DNA from: Vicugna vicugna
Taxonomy: Eukaryota
Direction: 5' to 3'
Assembly: GCA_013265495.1 (NCBI GenBank)
Contig: MU058198.1
Coordinates: 7,641,779 to 7,705,778, forward strand
Length of the DNA stretch: 64,000 nt
The translations under genes were made by a program, and so were the position numbers. Positions 63,551-64,000 of this stretch are shown in pieces (the first letter of the stretch is position 1; each line of letters starts with the position of its first letter). The notes beneath the pieces are model-generated. The model worked only from the letters and a program-made list of their open reading frames with translations. It searched no databases and was not told the DNA's origin.

Positions 63551-64000
63551 CTGAAACAGATGGATTACATCATCTGCTTTCTTGCTAAGTGCTCACTGCA
63601 TGCCAGGCCCTGAGCTAAGCGTTTCCCACGTGCTATCAAATATCCTCACAATGTCCTTTTAAGCTGAATATTTGTTATCCTCATTACCAAAGTTATCCAA
63701 AGTTTCAGAGAGGTTAAGTGACTTTCCAGCTCAGTAACCACCAGCAAGTAGCTGACTAGGGATTCAAAACCCATGGCCTAAGCTTTTAACCCTGATGGTC
63801 CAATCTCATGGGAGTGGCCTGCTCATCCTTCCCCAACCCCACCTGTCTGCACCCCTCTGGGCTTGGACTGGCCCCAGAACTCCTGGCTCATTAGTGCTTC
63901 TCTTACCATCAAGACAGAGCTTCCTTCCTGGGAATTACTTTATATGCAATTTGCATGTTAGTCACTTAATGCCAAAATTAATGCCCGACTGAGCAGGAGC

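Overview
Mammalian genomic DNA, not prokaryotic. It carries the conserved gene block STX1B(-) / STX4(+) / ZNF668(-) / ZNF646(+) / 3' end of PRSS53(-), syntenic with human 16p11.2. Four tRNA-Ala-like SINE copies resemble the camelid Vic-1 family, so the source is probably camel, alpaca or llama (inference). I reconstructed spliced CDSs by hand with GT-AG introns: STX1B 10 exons/288 aa, STX4 10 coding exons/297 aa, ZNF668 2 coding exons/619 aa, ZNF646 1812 aa spliced or 1776 aa unspliced, and the last 5 coding exons of PRSS53. Introns and intergenic DNA hold MIR, L2, L1, MaLR and DNA-transposon relics plus a retroposed U1 snRNA pseudogene. I found no convincing new multi-gene system. The best leads are regulatory or isoform-level: a stop-free 99-nt STX1B intron inside the SNARE motif, TM-less STX1B by intron-9 retention, an orphan CCAAT-rich CpG island, a helically phased AGAC array, a palindromic ETS-RFX-ETS cassette, a ZNF646 uORF, and a U1 copy complementary to GC donors.
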